A DNA stretch of 64,000 bases, from IMG/VR virus record IMGVR_UViG_3300044845_000975; one strand, 5' to 3'. The position numbers and the translations under genes were made by a program. This DNA comes from an uncultured virus (IMG/VR IMGVR_UViG_3300044845_000975) (lineage: Duplodnaviria > Heunggongvirae > Uroviricota > Caudoviricetes). The notes under the pieces are model-generated. The model was not told the DNA's origin, did not search any database, and saw nothing but the letters and a program-made list of their open reading frames with translations. The stretch's first letter is position 1; every line of letters starts with the position of its first letter. This document shows positions 22,723 to 32,186 of this stretch, in pieces.

Positions 22723-23369
22723 ATATTTCAACATGCAATAGCAAATGGATTTGGAGCTTGATATTTATCAGGATTCCTAAAAACGCTAGTACTTCTGTTT
22801 TTAATCACTTAGGAAATATAAACCTAATTAAAAAACATGAGAAATCTTTTGAGCGACTACTCAAAGACAAGACTTACAGGGGTTGGTTTTCGCCAACTCA
22901 TGCAAAGCCAAACGAAATTCACAGCATTCTTGGAAACATGGTGAAGAATTACGCTTCGTTTGCGATTGTGCGAAACCCGTATGACCGCATGGTTTCAATG
23001 TATCATTTTGCTAAAAAGAATAACTTAGCAAAGCTTTACTCAATGAGTGAGGAATTTACTTTTAAGGAGTTTTGTGAAATCTTGCTTGACAAATATGTAG
23101 AACAAGATAAAACTTTTATCGCAATTCATCCTCAAGCTGACTGGCTAGAAGGAGCATTTAAACCCAATTTTATTCTTAAGTTCGAAAATTTACAAAAAGA
23201 CTTTGACAACATGCTCAAACAGTGCAATATTAAGCATGTTAATTCTGAACTCCCAAGAGAAAACTCTACTGAGCGCAGTCACTATCACGACTATTTCGAC
23301 TTTCAATCACGCAAAATAACTGAAAAAATCTTTGAAAAAGACTTTAATTTATTCGAATATAAATATTAA
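22716..23369 (+). CDS. sulfotransferase family 2 protein
   Basis: 5'-PSB FIRIPKNASTS, 3'-PB VRNPYDRMVSMY, KFENL..DF and DF.LF.Y terminus. Confidence 0.88.
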   Translation: MLDISTCNSKWIWSLIFIRIPKNASTSVFNHLGNINLIKKHEKSFERLLKDKTYRGWFSPTHAKPNEIHSILGNMVKNYASFAIVRNPYDRMVSMYHFAKKNNLAKLYSMSEEFTFKEFCEILLDKYVEQDKTFIAIHPQADWLEGAFKPNFILKFENLQKDFDNMLKQCNIKHVNSELPRENSTERSHYHDYFDFQSRKITEKIFEKDFNLFEYKY

Positions 23370-23371
23370 AC

Positions 23372-23623
23372 ATGACTGGCTCTATTAAAATAATTGGCGC
23401 AAATAACCAATCTCACTTGGGTTGGATGGAAAAAACTTTTGAAAACTGTTTCCTAGATCACGTTGGAGAAAACAATACTCATTTGCTTGTTTTGCCTGAG
23501 AACGGCAAAATTCCAATTGACATCTACAAGACTTGGGTTATTAGTGATAAAATTATTTTCGAAGGTTATGCCTCTATTGAAAATGAAATGGGCAGACTAG
23601 CTTTTGAATTTTCGCCTCAATGA
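23372..23623 (+). CDS. hypothetical protein
   Basis: Translationally coupled between the sulfotransferase and the glycosyltransferase. Confidence 0.65.
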   Translation: MTGSIKIIGANNQSHLGWMEKTFENCFLDHVGENNTHLLVLPENGKIPIDIYKTWVISDKIIFEGYASIENEMGRLAFEFSPQ

Positions 23624-24537
23624 AGTTTTTAATTATTGATTCTCACAAGGGTTCCTTAAAAGAACCGCAGAACTTGCACTGGCTTAATGCCAAACAAATC
23701 AAAGACCACCTGATAACTTTGGGTCATGAGGTTGATTTAATCTGGAGCTACCCTTCAGTGAATGAAGAAATTAAAAGCGGATATGACCGCATTATTTTTA
23801 ATCATGCTAGCCACTATTCGTATGTGGATTACAAATGGCTAGAAGAGAGTCCAAACGCTGAACTCTTTCATATCACTAATGAGTATAATCTTGGCGAGCC
23901 ACGCATCCTATGGATGGCCGCGAAAGCTGGTCGCCGCTATCAAGTAATTGCTAATCACAGCGCAGACATCTCTAAAATTGTTGAAAAATATGTGGATAAA
24001 TGGAATTTTGTTAATTTAAATAGTTTAGTATTTGATCCCATCTCATCAACAAAAGAAAAGAAAGGTTGCGTTTATTACGGGTCTTTCCGCAAAGATCGAG
24101 CCTTGTCGTTTCAAAAATATTTAAAAGGCTATGTTACAGTGTCCACTCACCAAAAGAATAGGGAAAAGTTTTCTACCATTAATGTTCATGGCCCTTTTAT
24201 TGATCGAATCAATTGGTCAAAAGATGGTTTACTTGATTTCAAAACATCTTTGTATATTGAAGATGAAATCAACCATGACAACTATAATTGTTTGGCTAAC
24301 AGATTTTACGAGTCTCTCAATTATAATGTACTTCCTCTTTTTGATGGTAACTGTAAAAATACCGTCAAATTGTCTGGTTATAATGTTCCTAATCATTTCT
24401 TTGTTGATTCCGAAGAGGAATTAGTTCAGAAAACTGAAAATACTCCTTTTTATCAGGATTATCTTCAGCAGTGGAAAGATAAAGCGCTTGTTGAGAAAAA
24501 AAATGTCTTGACAAATATCGCAGTAATGTTAAAGTAA
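23620..24537 (+). CDS. GT-B glycosyltransferase resembling T4 DNA beta-glucosyltransferase
   Basis: YYGSFR, SLYIED...DNY..LANRFYE, LFD, FFVDSEEEL correspond in order to T4 BGT motifs as I recall them (YGGSFR, LIIGD..YNDN..TLRVWE, LID, FYVNNRAEL). Confidence 0.65.
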   Translation: MKFLIIDSHKGSLKEPQNLHWLNAKQIKDHLITLGHEVDLIWSYPSVNEEIKSGYDRIIFNHASHYSYVDYKWLEESPNAELFHITNEYNLGEPRILWMAAKAGRRYQVIANHSADISKIVEKYVDKWNFVNLNSLVFDPISSTKEKKGCVYYGSFRKDRALSFQKYLKGYVTVSTHQKNREKFSTINVHGPFIDRINWSKDGLLDFKTSLYIEDEINHDNYNCLANRFYESLNYNVLPLFDGNCKNTVKLSGYNVPNHFFVDSEEELVQKTENTPFYQDYLQQWKDKALVEKKNVLTNIAVMLK

Positions 24538-24574
24538 AGAGTAAATAAATCCTAAATAAATAACAAATATATAC

Positions 24575-24820
24575 ATGAGCAAGAAGCTTGCAAATGCAAT
24601 TGAAGAAGCAACCCCAGAGCAAATTGATTTGTGCTGGGCAGTCCTTAAATACAAGGAAATTGGAGTCTTTCGTAAAGTAAAATCACTGTGTTCCGCTTTC
24701 GGACTTGACTTTGATGAAGTTATCAATGAACTTCCTCAAGTTGATGGTCGAGTAGTTGACCGCGAAACTCGTCATTTAATTCACGAAACTCTGATTAAAG
24801 TCTCTCAAAATACACATTAA
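24575..24820 (+). CDS. hypothetical protein
   Basis: Downstream of promoter TTGACA(24508)-N16-TAAAGT. Confidence 0.7.
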   Translation: MSKKLANAIEEATPEQIDLCWAVLKYKEIGVFRKVKSLCSAFGLDFDEVINELPQVDGRVVDRETRHLIHETLIKVSQNTH

Positions 24821-24833
24821 AAACTCGTTAAAT

Positions 24834-25031
24834 ATGAAAACAAAAGGTAAATCTGGTGTTAGTTGGTATAGCGTTTACAATCACAAGGGCGATCATCAAG
24901 CTTCTTACGATATGTGTTTTCAAGATGCTTATTCTTGGGCACTTGACTGTGCAAGGCACGTTGGAGGTTATGTTTGCGAAGCAGGCATTGATAAGGAGGA
25001 AACAGTCGTTTTTGAATCTTCTAAGAAGTAA
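24834..25031 (+). CDS. hypothetical protein
   Basis: Tightly packed ORF. Confidence 0.6.
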   Translation: MKTKGKSGVSWYSVYNHKGDHQASYDMCFQDAYSWALDCARHVGGYVCEAGIDKEETVVFESSKK

Positions 25032-25034
25032 AAA

Positions 25035-25283
25035 ATGCCTTTATTAGCAACAATCAAATTGCTACTTGAGCTTGGGGTGCAATTCCTCAAGCTCAAGAAT
25101 AAATCTTATCTTTACGATATTTTGGAAAAGCATTCTTCTAGAGTTAAGAAGCTCAATGAAAAAAGAGAAGAACTGCGTTTAATCGCCAAATCCGATGAAC
25201 AAGCTCAAGCAAAGAGACTCATGGATGAAATTATCGAAGAAAAAGAAAAATTAAATCTATTCCTTAAGCAAAACGATCTATGA
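25035..25283 (+). CDS. hypothetical coiled-coil protein, possible i-spanin
   Basis: Hydrophobic N-terminus then charged helix; ATGA overlap with a lipoprotein gene. Confidence 0.45.
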   Translation: MPLLATIKLLLELGVQFLKLKNKSYLYDILEKHSSRVKKLNEKREELRLIAKSDEQAQAKRLMDEIIEEKEKLNLFLKQNDL

Positions 25284-25513
25284 AAAAAATCTTACTTTTA
25301 ACAGTGTTCATGGCATCTTGCTGCGGCACTAATGAAAAATCAGTTTCTCAACGAAGGCTACAGCAGCCAGAAGCTTTATTTCTACCACCAAATACAGTGA
25401 TTAAAACAACAAATGGAGAATATGTTTCTGGCAATGTTGTAGAGATTTGGCATTCAGAAAAAACACTAGAACAACTAGAGCAAAAAATCGCACGATTTAT
25501 CCCTCAACCATGA
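25280..25513 (+). CDS. predicted lipoprotein, possible o-spanin
   Basis: MKKILLLTVFMASC signal peptide with lipobox-like Cys. Confidence 0.5.
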   Translation: MKKILLLTVFMASCCGTNEKSVSQRRLQQPEALFLPPNTVIKTTNGEYVSGNVVEIWHSEKTLEQLEQKIARFIPQP

Positions 25514-26193
25514 GCGCAACTAACACTAATAAGGTAGAATTAATCGGATTTTACGGAAACGATGAAGTTCACGCTTGTTCCGCTTGGACAAGCACAAGTC
25601 GAGACATTACAGAGGAAAAGCGCGAACGTATTCCTAAACTATTAAAAATGCTTGCTGATGCAGGACATCATACACCTTTTGAAAAATCTTCTCTTCATTT
25701 TCTTGTGGATTGCGACATTGCAAGCCATATTCATTTACTCAAGCATCGCATTGGTGTTGCAATCAATGGTGAGAGCGCTCGGTATAAAGAGTTGAAGGAA
25801 GACAAATACTACATTCCTGATGATTGGAGCAGCATAAAATATTCAAATACTGTGTGGATGGACGACACAGGACATGCTGATGGTAAGTGGGTTGATATTT
25901 TAGAGCAATATACTGATTTCGGAAATCGGCTTTACCATGCTTGCCTCAAAGACCTTGAACCTGTTCTTGGACGCAAACGTGCCAAAGAAAGCGCTCGCTT
26001 CTTCAAGACATACAACAGTCAGATTCAGGCTGACGTGATGTTCAATTTTCGCAGCTTTCATCACTTCTTGGCATTGCGCAACAAGCCAGATGCTCAGAAG
26101 GAAATTCGAGACATTGCTGCTACTATGCTTGATCTGGTGAAGAACATTGAAGGTAATCCTTTCAAATATACCATTGAAGCATTTGGACATTAA
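25510..26193 (+). CDS. thyX: flavin-dependent thymidylate synthase
   Basis: GHHTPFE, KHR...NGESARY (ThyX motif), NFRSFHHFLALR...AQKEIR. Confidence 0.93.
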   Translation: MSATNTNKVELIGFYGNDEVHACSAWTSTSRDITEEKRERIPKLLKMLADAGHHTPFEKSSLHFLVDCDIASHIHLLKHRIGVAINGESARYKELKEDKYYIPDDWSSIKYSNTVWMDDTGHADGKWVDILEQYTDFGNRLYHACLKDLEPVLGRKRAKESARFFKTYNSQIQADVMFNFRSFHHFLALRNKPDAQKEIRDIAATMLDLVKNIEGNPFKYTIEAFGH

Positions 26194-26195
26194 TT

Positions 26196-26531
26196 ATGAA
26201 ACTAAACATTAGAAAATGCACAAAAGCAACTGTATATTATCAAAGCGAAATCGCACAAATTGATACGGATGATTTTAAAAATAACGAAGATTATCCTTTT
26301 AAGGGCGAAACCGAAGAAGAGTTCATGGAATATCTTAGATACTTTGATTTCGACAGCACTTATGGATTAAGCGAAGAAAGCGTCGAAGAAATTCGCAAAA
26401 TCTTTGAACCAAACTTGCAAGAATATTACAACTCTTCTTGGGATTGGGAAGAAAGTTGGAAAGAAAGTGGTGAAATTGATTCAACCGCTCGAAAAACTGG
26501 AGGTTTTATTCCAAAGTGCTCTGTAGAATAA
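26196..26531 (+). CDS. hypothetical acidic protein
   Basis: Tightly packed ORF. Confidence 0.65.
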   Translation: MKLNIRKCTKATVYYQSEIAQIDTDDFKNNEDYPFKGETEEEFMEYLRYFDFDSTYGLSEESVEEIRKIFEPNLQEYYNSSWDWEESWKESGEIDSTARKTGGFIPKCSVE

Positions 26532-26715
26532 TATGGACTTCAATAAATTATTAGATAATTTAAAATTCGAAAGCAGAATGTTTCTTTATTCTGAAACGGG
26601 ACATTCGGAATATTTAGTTTTGGATGCTATTATCAGAAGCATTGAAGATGCTCTTGACAATAAAGATTCTCAGCCTTATGTTGAGATGGATAACGACGAA
26701 GCTCCTTTTTAATTT

Positions 26716-27303
26716 ATGGAAAACATTAACGAACAAGACCTCACAAATTGGGAAAATACAGAAGCATGGAATGCTTTTTATAAAAACTATTACCCATATT
26801 TAAAAAATATGGCAATCAGTTGCAAACTACCTTCTCAAGATGCTGAGGATGTTGTTCAAGATGTTTTGATTTCAATGGCAAAACAATTCCGTGATCAAAA
26901 ATTCACGTCAGAAAAGGGAGCTTTTCACGCTTGGGTAACAAAGTTTGCTAAGTGGCGAATTATTGATATTGTTCGCAAAAACAAAATCAGATCAAACCTT
27001 ATTACTTCTGGAGATGATTTTTTAATGGAGTGTCAAGCAGATAACTCTCCATCCATTGACGAAAAATATAAAATTGCTCATCAAAGAGAAATCATTAAAC
27101 AAGCTGTTAAAAACTTTAAAGGAAACAAAAAATCAAAAGAGTATCATATTTTTTATGATTTTTTTATCCAAAACATGTCTCAAGAAGAGATCGCCGCTAA
27201 ATACAAAACAAACATGAATAATATTTATTTAGCAAAGCATAGAGTTCTAAAGAGACTCAAGAAAGACATCAAGAGCATTGATGGAGTCAAATATGCTTAT
27301 TAA
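26716..27303 (+). CDS. ECF-type RNA polymerase sigma factor
   Basis: Region 2 DAEDVVQDV...F.AW...I.D..R; region 4 HTH SQEEIA...NIYLAKHR. Confidence 0.88.
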   Translation: MENINEQDLTNWENTEAWNAFYKNYYPYLKNMAISCKLPSQDAEDVVQDVLISMAKQFRDQKFTSEKGAFHAWVTKFAKWRIIDIVRKNKIRSNLITSGDDFLMECQADNSPSIDEKYKIAHQREIIKQAVKNFKGNKKSKEYHIFYDFFIQNMSQEEIAAKYKTNMNNIYLAKHRVLKRLKKDIKSIDGVKYAY

Positions 27304-27306
27304 CAC

Positions 27307-27334
27307 TTGACAAACCCTATTTAGAGATTAAACT
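27307..27334 (+). promoter_or_regulatory. sigma70-like promoter, leaderless to uvsE
   Basis: TTGACA-N16-TAAACT, ATG 6 nt downstream. Confidence 0.7.
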
Positions 27335-27340
27335 ATTTGC

Positions 27341-28243
27341 ATGAACCTAGCCCTTTGCTGCATCTCCAAAACCCTGTCCGATAACGGCCAGACCTTCCGC
27401 TCAATGACTTACACGCAGTTTGTCAAACAACCATTTGACTCTGCGATGCAAGAACTCTCGCAGCGCATTTTGCACAATTTCAAAATGACGCTCAATACTA
27501 TTCGGTTTTGCCAACTCAATAATATTCAAGGCTACCGTCTATCGTCATCACTTGCTCCAATTCTTACTCACAAAGATTTACGCATGAAGATCGCAGACTT
27601 ACCCAACTTTGCAGCCATCAAAGCTGTGTGCGAGTCAATCAAGCAGTTGCTAGCTGCTAATCCTATTCGCATCTCTGCTCATCCTAGCGAATACATCACA
27701 CTGTCATCTGACAATCCAGAATGCATTAACAACAGCATTACTGACCTAGAACAGCACGCAGAGATTTTTGACTTGCTTGATTTACCTCAAGATTACCGCT
27801 CTCCGCTCAACATTCATGTTCGTCAAGAGGGTGACGCTCAAGCTATTACAGATAAAGTTTTGCGCGTTTACGACTCTCTGCCAGATAACATTCGCAACCG
27901 TCTCGTCCTAGAAAATAACGACAATGCCAAAGGAACTTGGAGCATCCGCAATCTCATTAAGTATTTTCATAGCACTCGCGGCATCCCCGTTACTTTTGAT
28001 TCTTTGCATCATAGCATTCTCTCTGGTGACATGACAGAACAAGACGCTTTTAACGCAGCTTATGACACTTGGCCCACAGTTCCCATCTTTCACTACAGCG
28101 AAGGCATTAATGGCACTCGCAAGCACGCTGACATGCCAACCACGACACCACGCAGTTATGGTCGCAATGTGTTGCATGATGTCGAGCTTAAAAATAAATG
28201 TCAGGCTATTTTTCGCATTCGCGAGTTGACAAACGCAATATAA
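27341..28243 (+). CDS. uvsE: UV DNA damage endonuclease
   Basis: YRLSS, RISAHP, NIHV, RLVLEN, PVTFDSLHH, FHYSE, KHAD, DVELK. Confidence 0.93.
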   Translation: MNLALCCISKTLSDNGQTFRSMTYTQFVKQPFDSAMQELSQRILHNFKMTLNTIRFCQLNNIQGYRLSSSLAPILTHKDLRMKIADLPNFAAIKAVCESIKQLLAANPIRISAHPSEYITLSSDNPECINNSITDLEQHAEIFDLLDLPQDYRSPLNIHVRQEGDAQAITDKVLRVYDSLPDNIRNRLVLENNDNAKGTWSIRNLIKYFHSTRGIPVTFDSLHHSILSGDMTEQDAFNAAYDTWPTVPIFHYSEGINGTRKHADMPTTTPRSYGRNVLHDVELKNKCQAIFRIRELTNAI

Positions 28244-28253
28244 ACAATATAAT
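28226..28253 (+). promoter_or_regulatory. sigma70-like promoter, leaderless
   Basis: TTGACA-N16-TATAAT, ATG 6 nt downstream. Confidence 0.8.
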
Positions 28254-28259
28254 AACACT

Positions 28260-28844
28260 ATGAACAAACCATTTTGGTATAAAACACCCCAAAGCTTAGA
28301 ATGGAATCTTGATGATGACACTGTAGGCTGGAGCGCATGGGAGAAAGAAACGCGCAAAAACTATCCTATTCAATACTTCTTTCGGGAAGATGTAACAATG
28401 TACTTTAAAATAAGGTGGACAAGAATCAAGCACTTAAAATATACTATTAAATGCTTTTTCTTTCCTAAGCACCCTGAATTGCGCAAGGCTATCTCTAATA
28501 CTTGGGTAGATATTACCAGTCTTGTGATTGATCTTAATTTTGCAATGATTCTCTCTTTCAAGAAAGAGGCAGACGCATCTTGCGTTGATTGGGATGGCAC
28601 GGAAAATCACAGAAAATTCAAAAATTGGCTTGACGCCGCCGTAGAATGGATTAATGTAAATCGCCCCGCTTTGCAAAAGCAGCGAGATGGCTCTTACCCA
28701 TCTTATCCTCTTGCTCCTGAAAAGAAGGGGTTAAGTTATGAACAACTTTATAGTGAAGTGATTCGTATTGAAAAGCTTATTAATGATACAGATTCCAACA
28801 TTCTAAAGCAAATGATTGAATATCGCGAATACATGTGGACATAA
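28260..28844 (+). CDS. hypothetical phage protein
   Basis: 194-aa ORF with its own promoter. Confidence 0.7.
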   Translation: MNKPFWYKTPQSLEWNLDDDTVGWSAWEKETRKNYPIQYFFREDVTMYFKIRWTRIKHLKYTIKCFFFPKHPELRKAISNTWVDITSLVIDLNFAMILSFKKEADASCVDWDGTENHRKFKNWLDAAVEWINVNRPALQKQRDGSYPSYPLAPEKKGLSYEQLYSEVIRIEKLINDTDSNILKQMIEYREYMWT

Positions 28845-29169
28845 TTATGAATGATTTAAATGAATTAGAAGAACATTTAGACAAAATGTTCTCAAATCAA
28901 AAAGAAAAGAAAAACCAAACCTTTGTTGCTCGTTATAAAGGTAAGAATATTCGAACCAAGAGTGGTAAAAGCTCTTGGAAAGCTATTAATCATGTTAAAG
29001 CAGCCGTAATTCTTCACTTCAGCGATCTTGAGAGTGAATATGTTTATGATTATAAGGGTAAGAAACCTTATGGTTATTGGGATAAATTCGATTACCAAGA
29101 ACGAGACAAGAGAAGAGATGATTTCCGCAAAAAGCTTTGGGAATTAATCGAAATCGTAGAATTAGAATA

Positions 29170-29604
29170 ATGAATACAACTAACCACTACACAGACTTCG
29201 CCAACGCAGAAAAATATGCCAAAGATTATGATGCCATCATTTCTCTTGGACATTATATGCCTGAGCAATATCGTCAAGGCAAAAAGTATCTAATGCTAGA
29301 CTTTGAAGATGAGACATTTGGCTCAATCGCAGTAAACCCCAAAGACGCAAAATATGCACCCACAGAAGGACACATTCACCAATTGCTTAAGTTTATTCGT
29401 AGTCTTGCTCCTGCTGAACGTTTGCTGGTTCATTGCTTTGCAGGATATAGTAGAAGTCCTGCGGCAGTGGTCATTGCCAAGTGTGAACGTGATGGAAAAA
29501 CTATTCATGATGCAACGCAAGAGCTTTACGATGCACGAATTCCAGACAAATTAGTTCCGCATCCTAATGACATCATGCTGCACAACTACTTAATGATTAA
29601 ATAA
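29170..29604 (+). CDS. protein tyrosine/dual-specificity phosphatase
   Basis: HCFAGYSRS (CX5R) motif, upstream FED and downstream PHPN. Confidence 0.88.
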   Translation: MNTTNHYTDFANAEKYAKDYDAIISLGHYMPEQYRQGKKYLMLDFEDETFGSIAVNPKDAKYAPTEGHIHQLLKFIRSLAPAERLLVHCFAGYSRSPAAVVIAKCERDGKTIHDATQELYDARIPDKLVPHPNDIMLHNYLMIK

Positions 29605-29605
29605 T

Positions 29606-29779
29606 ATGAAACCAAATTATTATTCAATTATTTCTAATTGCGTAGAAAGAGGAGCCGCTTTAGGTTTTGATCGAGCGCATAAACATATTGATAATCCAAC
29701 AAGTTTCGAAATCAAAGAAAAAATCTACGATGCGATTATGGAACTAATCAACGAGCATTTCTTTTTTGAACCTTATTAA
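29606..29779 (+). CDS. small hypothetical protein (57 aa, not in ORF track)
   Basis: MKPNYYSIISNCVERG...RAHKH; fills the gap between neighbouring genes. Confidence 0.65.
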   Translation: MKPNYYSIISNCVERGAALGFDRAHKHIDNPTSFEIKEKIYDAIMELINEHFFFEPY

Positions 29780-29785
29780 TAAAAT

Positions 29786-30511
29786 ATGAAAGAGAAAGAC
29801 AAAATTATCCTTGTTGGTGATATTCATGGCGAATTCGCACGCTTGCGTCACGATATTAATCGCTTGCATGAAGATTCATACATTATTCAGGTTGGTGATT
29901 TTGGCGTAGGCTTTCATAAGTTAAACTATTATGAAGCAGAGTTCGAAGCTCTACAAAAAGTGCTAGAGCAGAAAAACTGCCATTTATACGTTATTCGTGG
30001 TAATCATGATAATCCAGAATGGTTCAAAGAAACCAACAACCCTTTTGATTTCCAAAACATTACGCTGCTCAAAGATTATTCCGAACTAAACCTGCTTGGC
30101 AATAATATTTTGCTAGTTGGAGGCGCAGTTAGCATTGACAGAGAGTGGCGAATTAGTAAAAACAATTTTTTTCAAAATGTAGGAAGCAGCAAACGACTTT
30201 GGTGGGAAGGTGAACCATTTGTTTATAATCATAACTTTGATTACAAAAAGTATGACATTGTTGTAACACATACTCGTCCTGCTAATAGTGGAGCATTCAA
30301 GGGATTTGATAATATCAAACGTTTCCTTGATCATGATGACACTCTCAAAGAAGAACTAATTGAAGAAAGTCAAGACATGGAACAATTGTGGAGTAAAACT
30401 AAACCTAAATTGTGGGTTTATGCTCACTTTCATCAATCATTAACTACCCAATACGAAAATACTACTTTTCGCTGTGTTGACATTGATGAACATTGGCTTT
30501 TGCCTCTATAA
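29786..30511 (+). CDS. calcineurin-like metallophosphoesterase
   Basis: GDIHG, GDFG, GNHD, VTH and AHFH motifs. Confidence 0.9.
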   Translation: MKEKDKIILVGDIHGEFARLRHDINRLHEDSYIIQVGDFGVGFHKLNYYEAEFEALQKVLEQKNCHLYVIRGNHDNPEWFKETNNPFDFQNITLLKDYSELNLLGNNILLVGGAVSIDREWRISKNNFFQNVGSSKRLWWEGEPFVYNHNFDYKKYDIVVTHTRPANSGAFKGFDNIKRFLDHDDTLKEELIEESQDMEQLWSKTKPKLWVYAHFHQSLTTQYENTTFRCVDIDEHWLLPL

Positions 30512-31229
30512 CTTTATCGAATTTTCGGGATAAACCTATTTCTGTTCCTTGATAAATATATTCTCCAAATTTAATAAAATCAGCTTTTTTGCAGAATCTT
30601 ACTACAGAATATTTAGAATTCTTTAAAAAAGATTTTTTTACTGTATATTGAATATTTAATAATTTTAATAGATTTTCAAAATCAGACCAATCTTGGTCAT
30701 AGGAGCCTGCCAAAGCGTATTGAAAAACTTTTTTATTTTTAGAAATATAAAAACAACCATCTGCATCACTATATCCTCTCCAAAAATAATGTTTTAGATT
30801 TTTAGGAATATGGCTTAAAATTTTACTAGGACTTTTTAAGCTTTTTTCGGAGTAGTCGTTCTTGTAAAGAAAAGAAGATAAATTAACATCAAAATTAACA
30901 GCTTCTGTTATAAATTTTGATCTATTTTTTCTCATGCGCGAATTGATGCGCCAATTTTCTTTAAATAAATATTTTATATCTAAAAAGTCCGACTCATTAA
31001 TTCCAATATAGATATATTTATTTTTTGTTGGAAAATTACTATTATATATAGAGCCATCTCCCCATAGTATCCCAAATAAATAAGCTAATTCAGGCGTATT
31101 TACATCAACATGAGAATTGCGAATATTATTATTTACAATAGCTTCATATTTTTCACGGCGATTTTTTAATTGAGTTTCTGATAAAGTTCTAATAGTTCCC
31201 ATATACAATAGTAATATGACCTTATTCAT
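30462..31229 (-). mobile_element. free-standing double-motif LAGLIDADG homing endonuclease gene
   Basis: LAYLFGILWGDGS and FWRGYSDADG; very AT-rich; antisense to neighbours. Confidence 0.85.
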
Positions 31230-31290
31230 ATTTCAATAAAGAAAACACAGAATCGAAAAATAAATGTATTTTTTAAGTGTAAATATAAAT

Positions 31291-31476
31291 ATGAACATTA
31301 TCACTTGGATTCTTGAGCACAAGCTCGATTTAATTAATGCTGTTACCGCTGTTGTTGCAGCAGCTTCCGCTATTGCCGCTATTACTCCTACCCCGAAAGA
31401 TGACGGCTTCTTGAAGAAGGCTTATGTATTGATTGATTGGCTAGCTCTCAATATTGGTAAAGCAAAAGATAAATAA
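31291..31476 (+). CDS. small membrane protein, holin-like
   Basis: Hydrophobic helix, TPTPKDD, LALN.G; GTGTAA motif 8 nt upstream. Confidence 0.55.
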   Translation: MNIITWILEHKLDLINAVTAVVAAASAIAAITPTPKDDGFLKKAYVLIDWLALNIGKAKDK

Positions 31477-31486
31477 TTAACCGAAA

Positions 31487-32152
31487 TTATAAGCCGTCTC
31501 TTATCAAAGGGGCGGCTTTTTCGTGTTTATAAAACAAGTCAAATTGTTTATCCGATAGTTCGCTCAAGTTATTTGAAATCTTTTTTGAAAAATTTCTATA
31601 AAATACTTTTCTGCGTAATTTGACCTTAATCCAATTTCTTGAATAAGCCATATAAAGATAAGAAAACAAATAAGCATTTGCGCTCATTGCATAGTCTTCT
31701 GGATTAACTATGTGGCTCCAGCGTTTTTTTATCTTTTTTAATGCGCGTTTCTCACAGTCTAATTCTAGCGCAACAGCTTTCCTAGCATAATGTTCGGGGT
31801 TTTTTAATTCAATGTGACCATTTAACCACTGAAAGAACAAGTCAAATTTGCGAGAAACTTCGTGATCATGCCATACAGATTTTTCATTCAACCATTGGTC
31901 AAAGTGACATTCTTCGTGGACAAGAGTTGAAAGAATCCATTTCACGGGTCGATCAATAGCAACCACTAATTCTTTGGAGAAGTCGCTGAAAAAACCACTG
32001 CACCTTCCACCCGACATATTTAAGCTTTTTCCGCCGCCAATTCTAAAAGTTATATTGTGCTTTTTGCATCTCTCGTCCACTTCGTAAAAGTAATCTTTGA
32101 CTTCTTTAGGCAACTTTTTAAACAGATGACGAGATTTATTGTCAAATTTCAC
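31487..32152 (-). CDS. HExxH zinc-metallopeptidase-like protein
   Basis: LVHEECHFDQW and downstream ELDCE. Confidence 0.6.
   Translation of the reverse strand: MKFDNKSRHLFKKLPKEVKDYFYEVDERCKKHNITFRIGGGKSLNMSGGRCSGFFSDFSKELVVAIDRPVKWILSTLVHEECHFDQWLNEKSVWHDHEVSRKFDLFFQWLNGHIELKNPEHYARKAVALELDCEKRALKKIKKRWSHIVNPEDYAMSANAYLFSYLYMAYSRNWIKVKLRRKVFYRNFSKKISNNLSELSDKQFDLFYKHEKAAPLIRDGL
31491..31521 (+). terminator. intrinsic terminator
   Basis: aagccgtct/gggcggctt stem plus T-tract after the holin-like gene. Confidence 0.6.
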
Positions 32153-32186
32153 ATAATATTTTACACTGTTCGAGCGTAATTATTGC

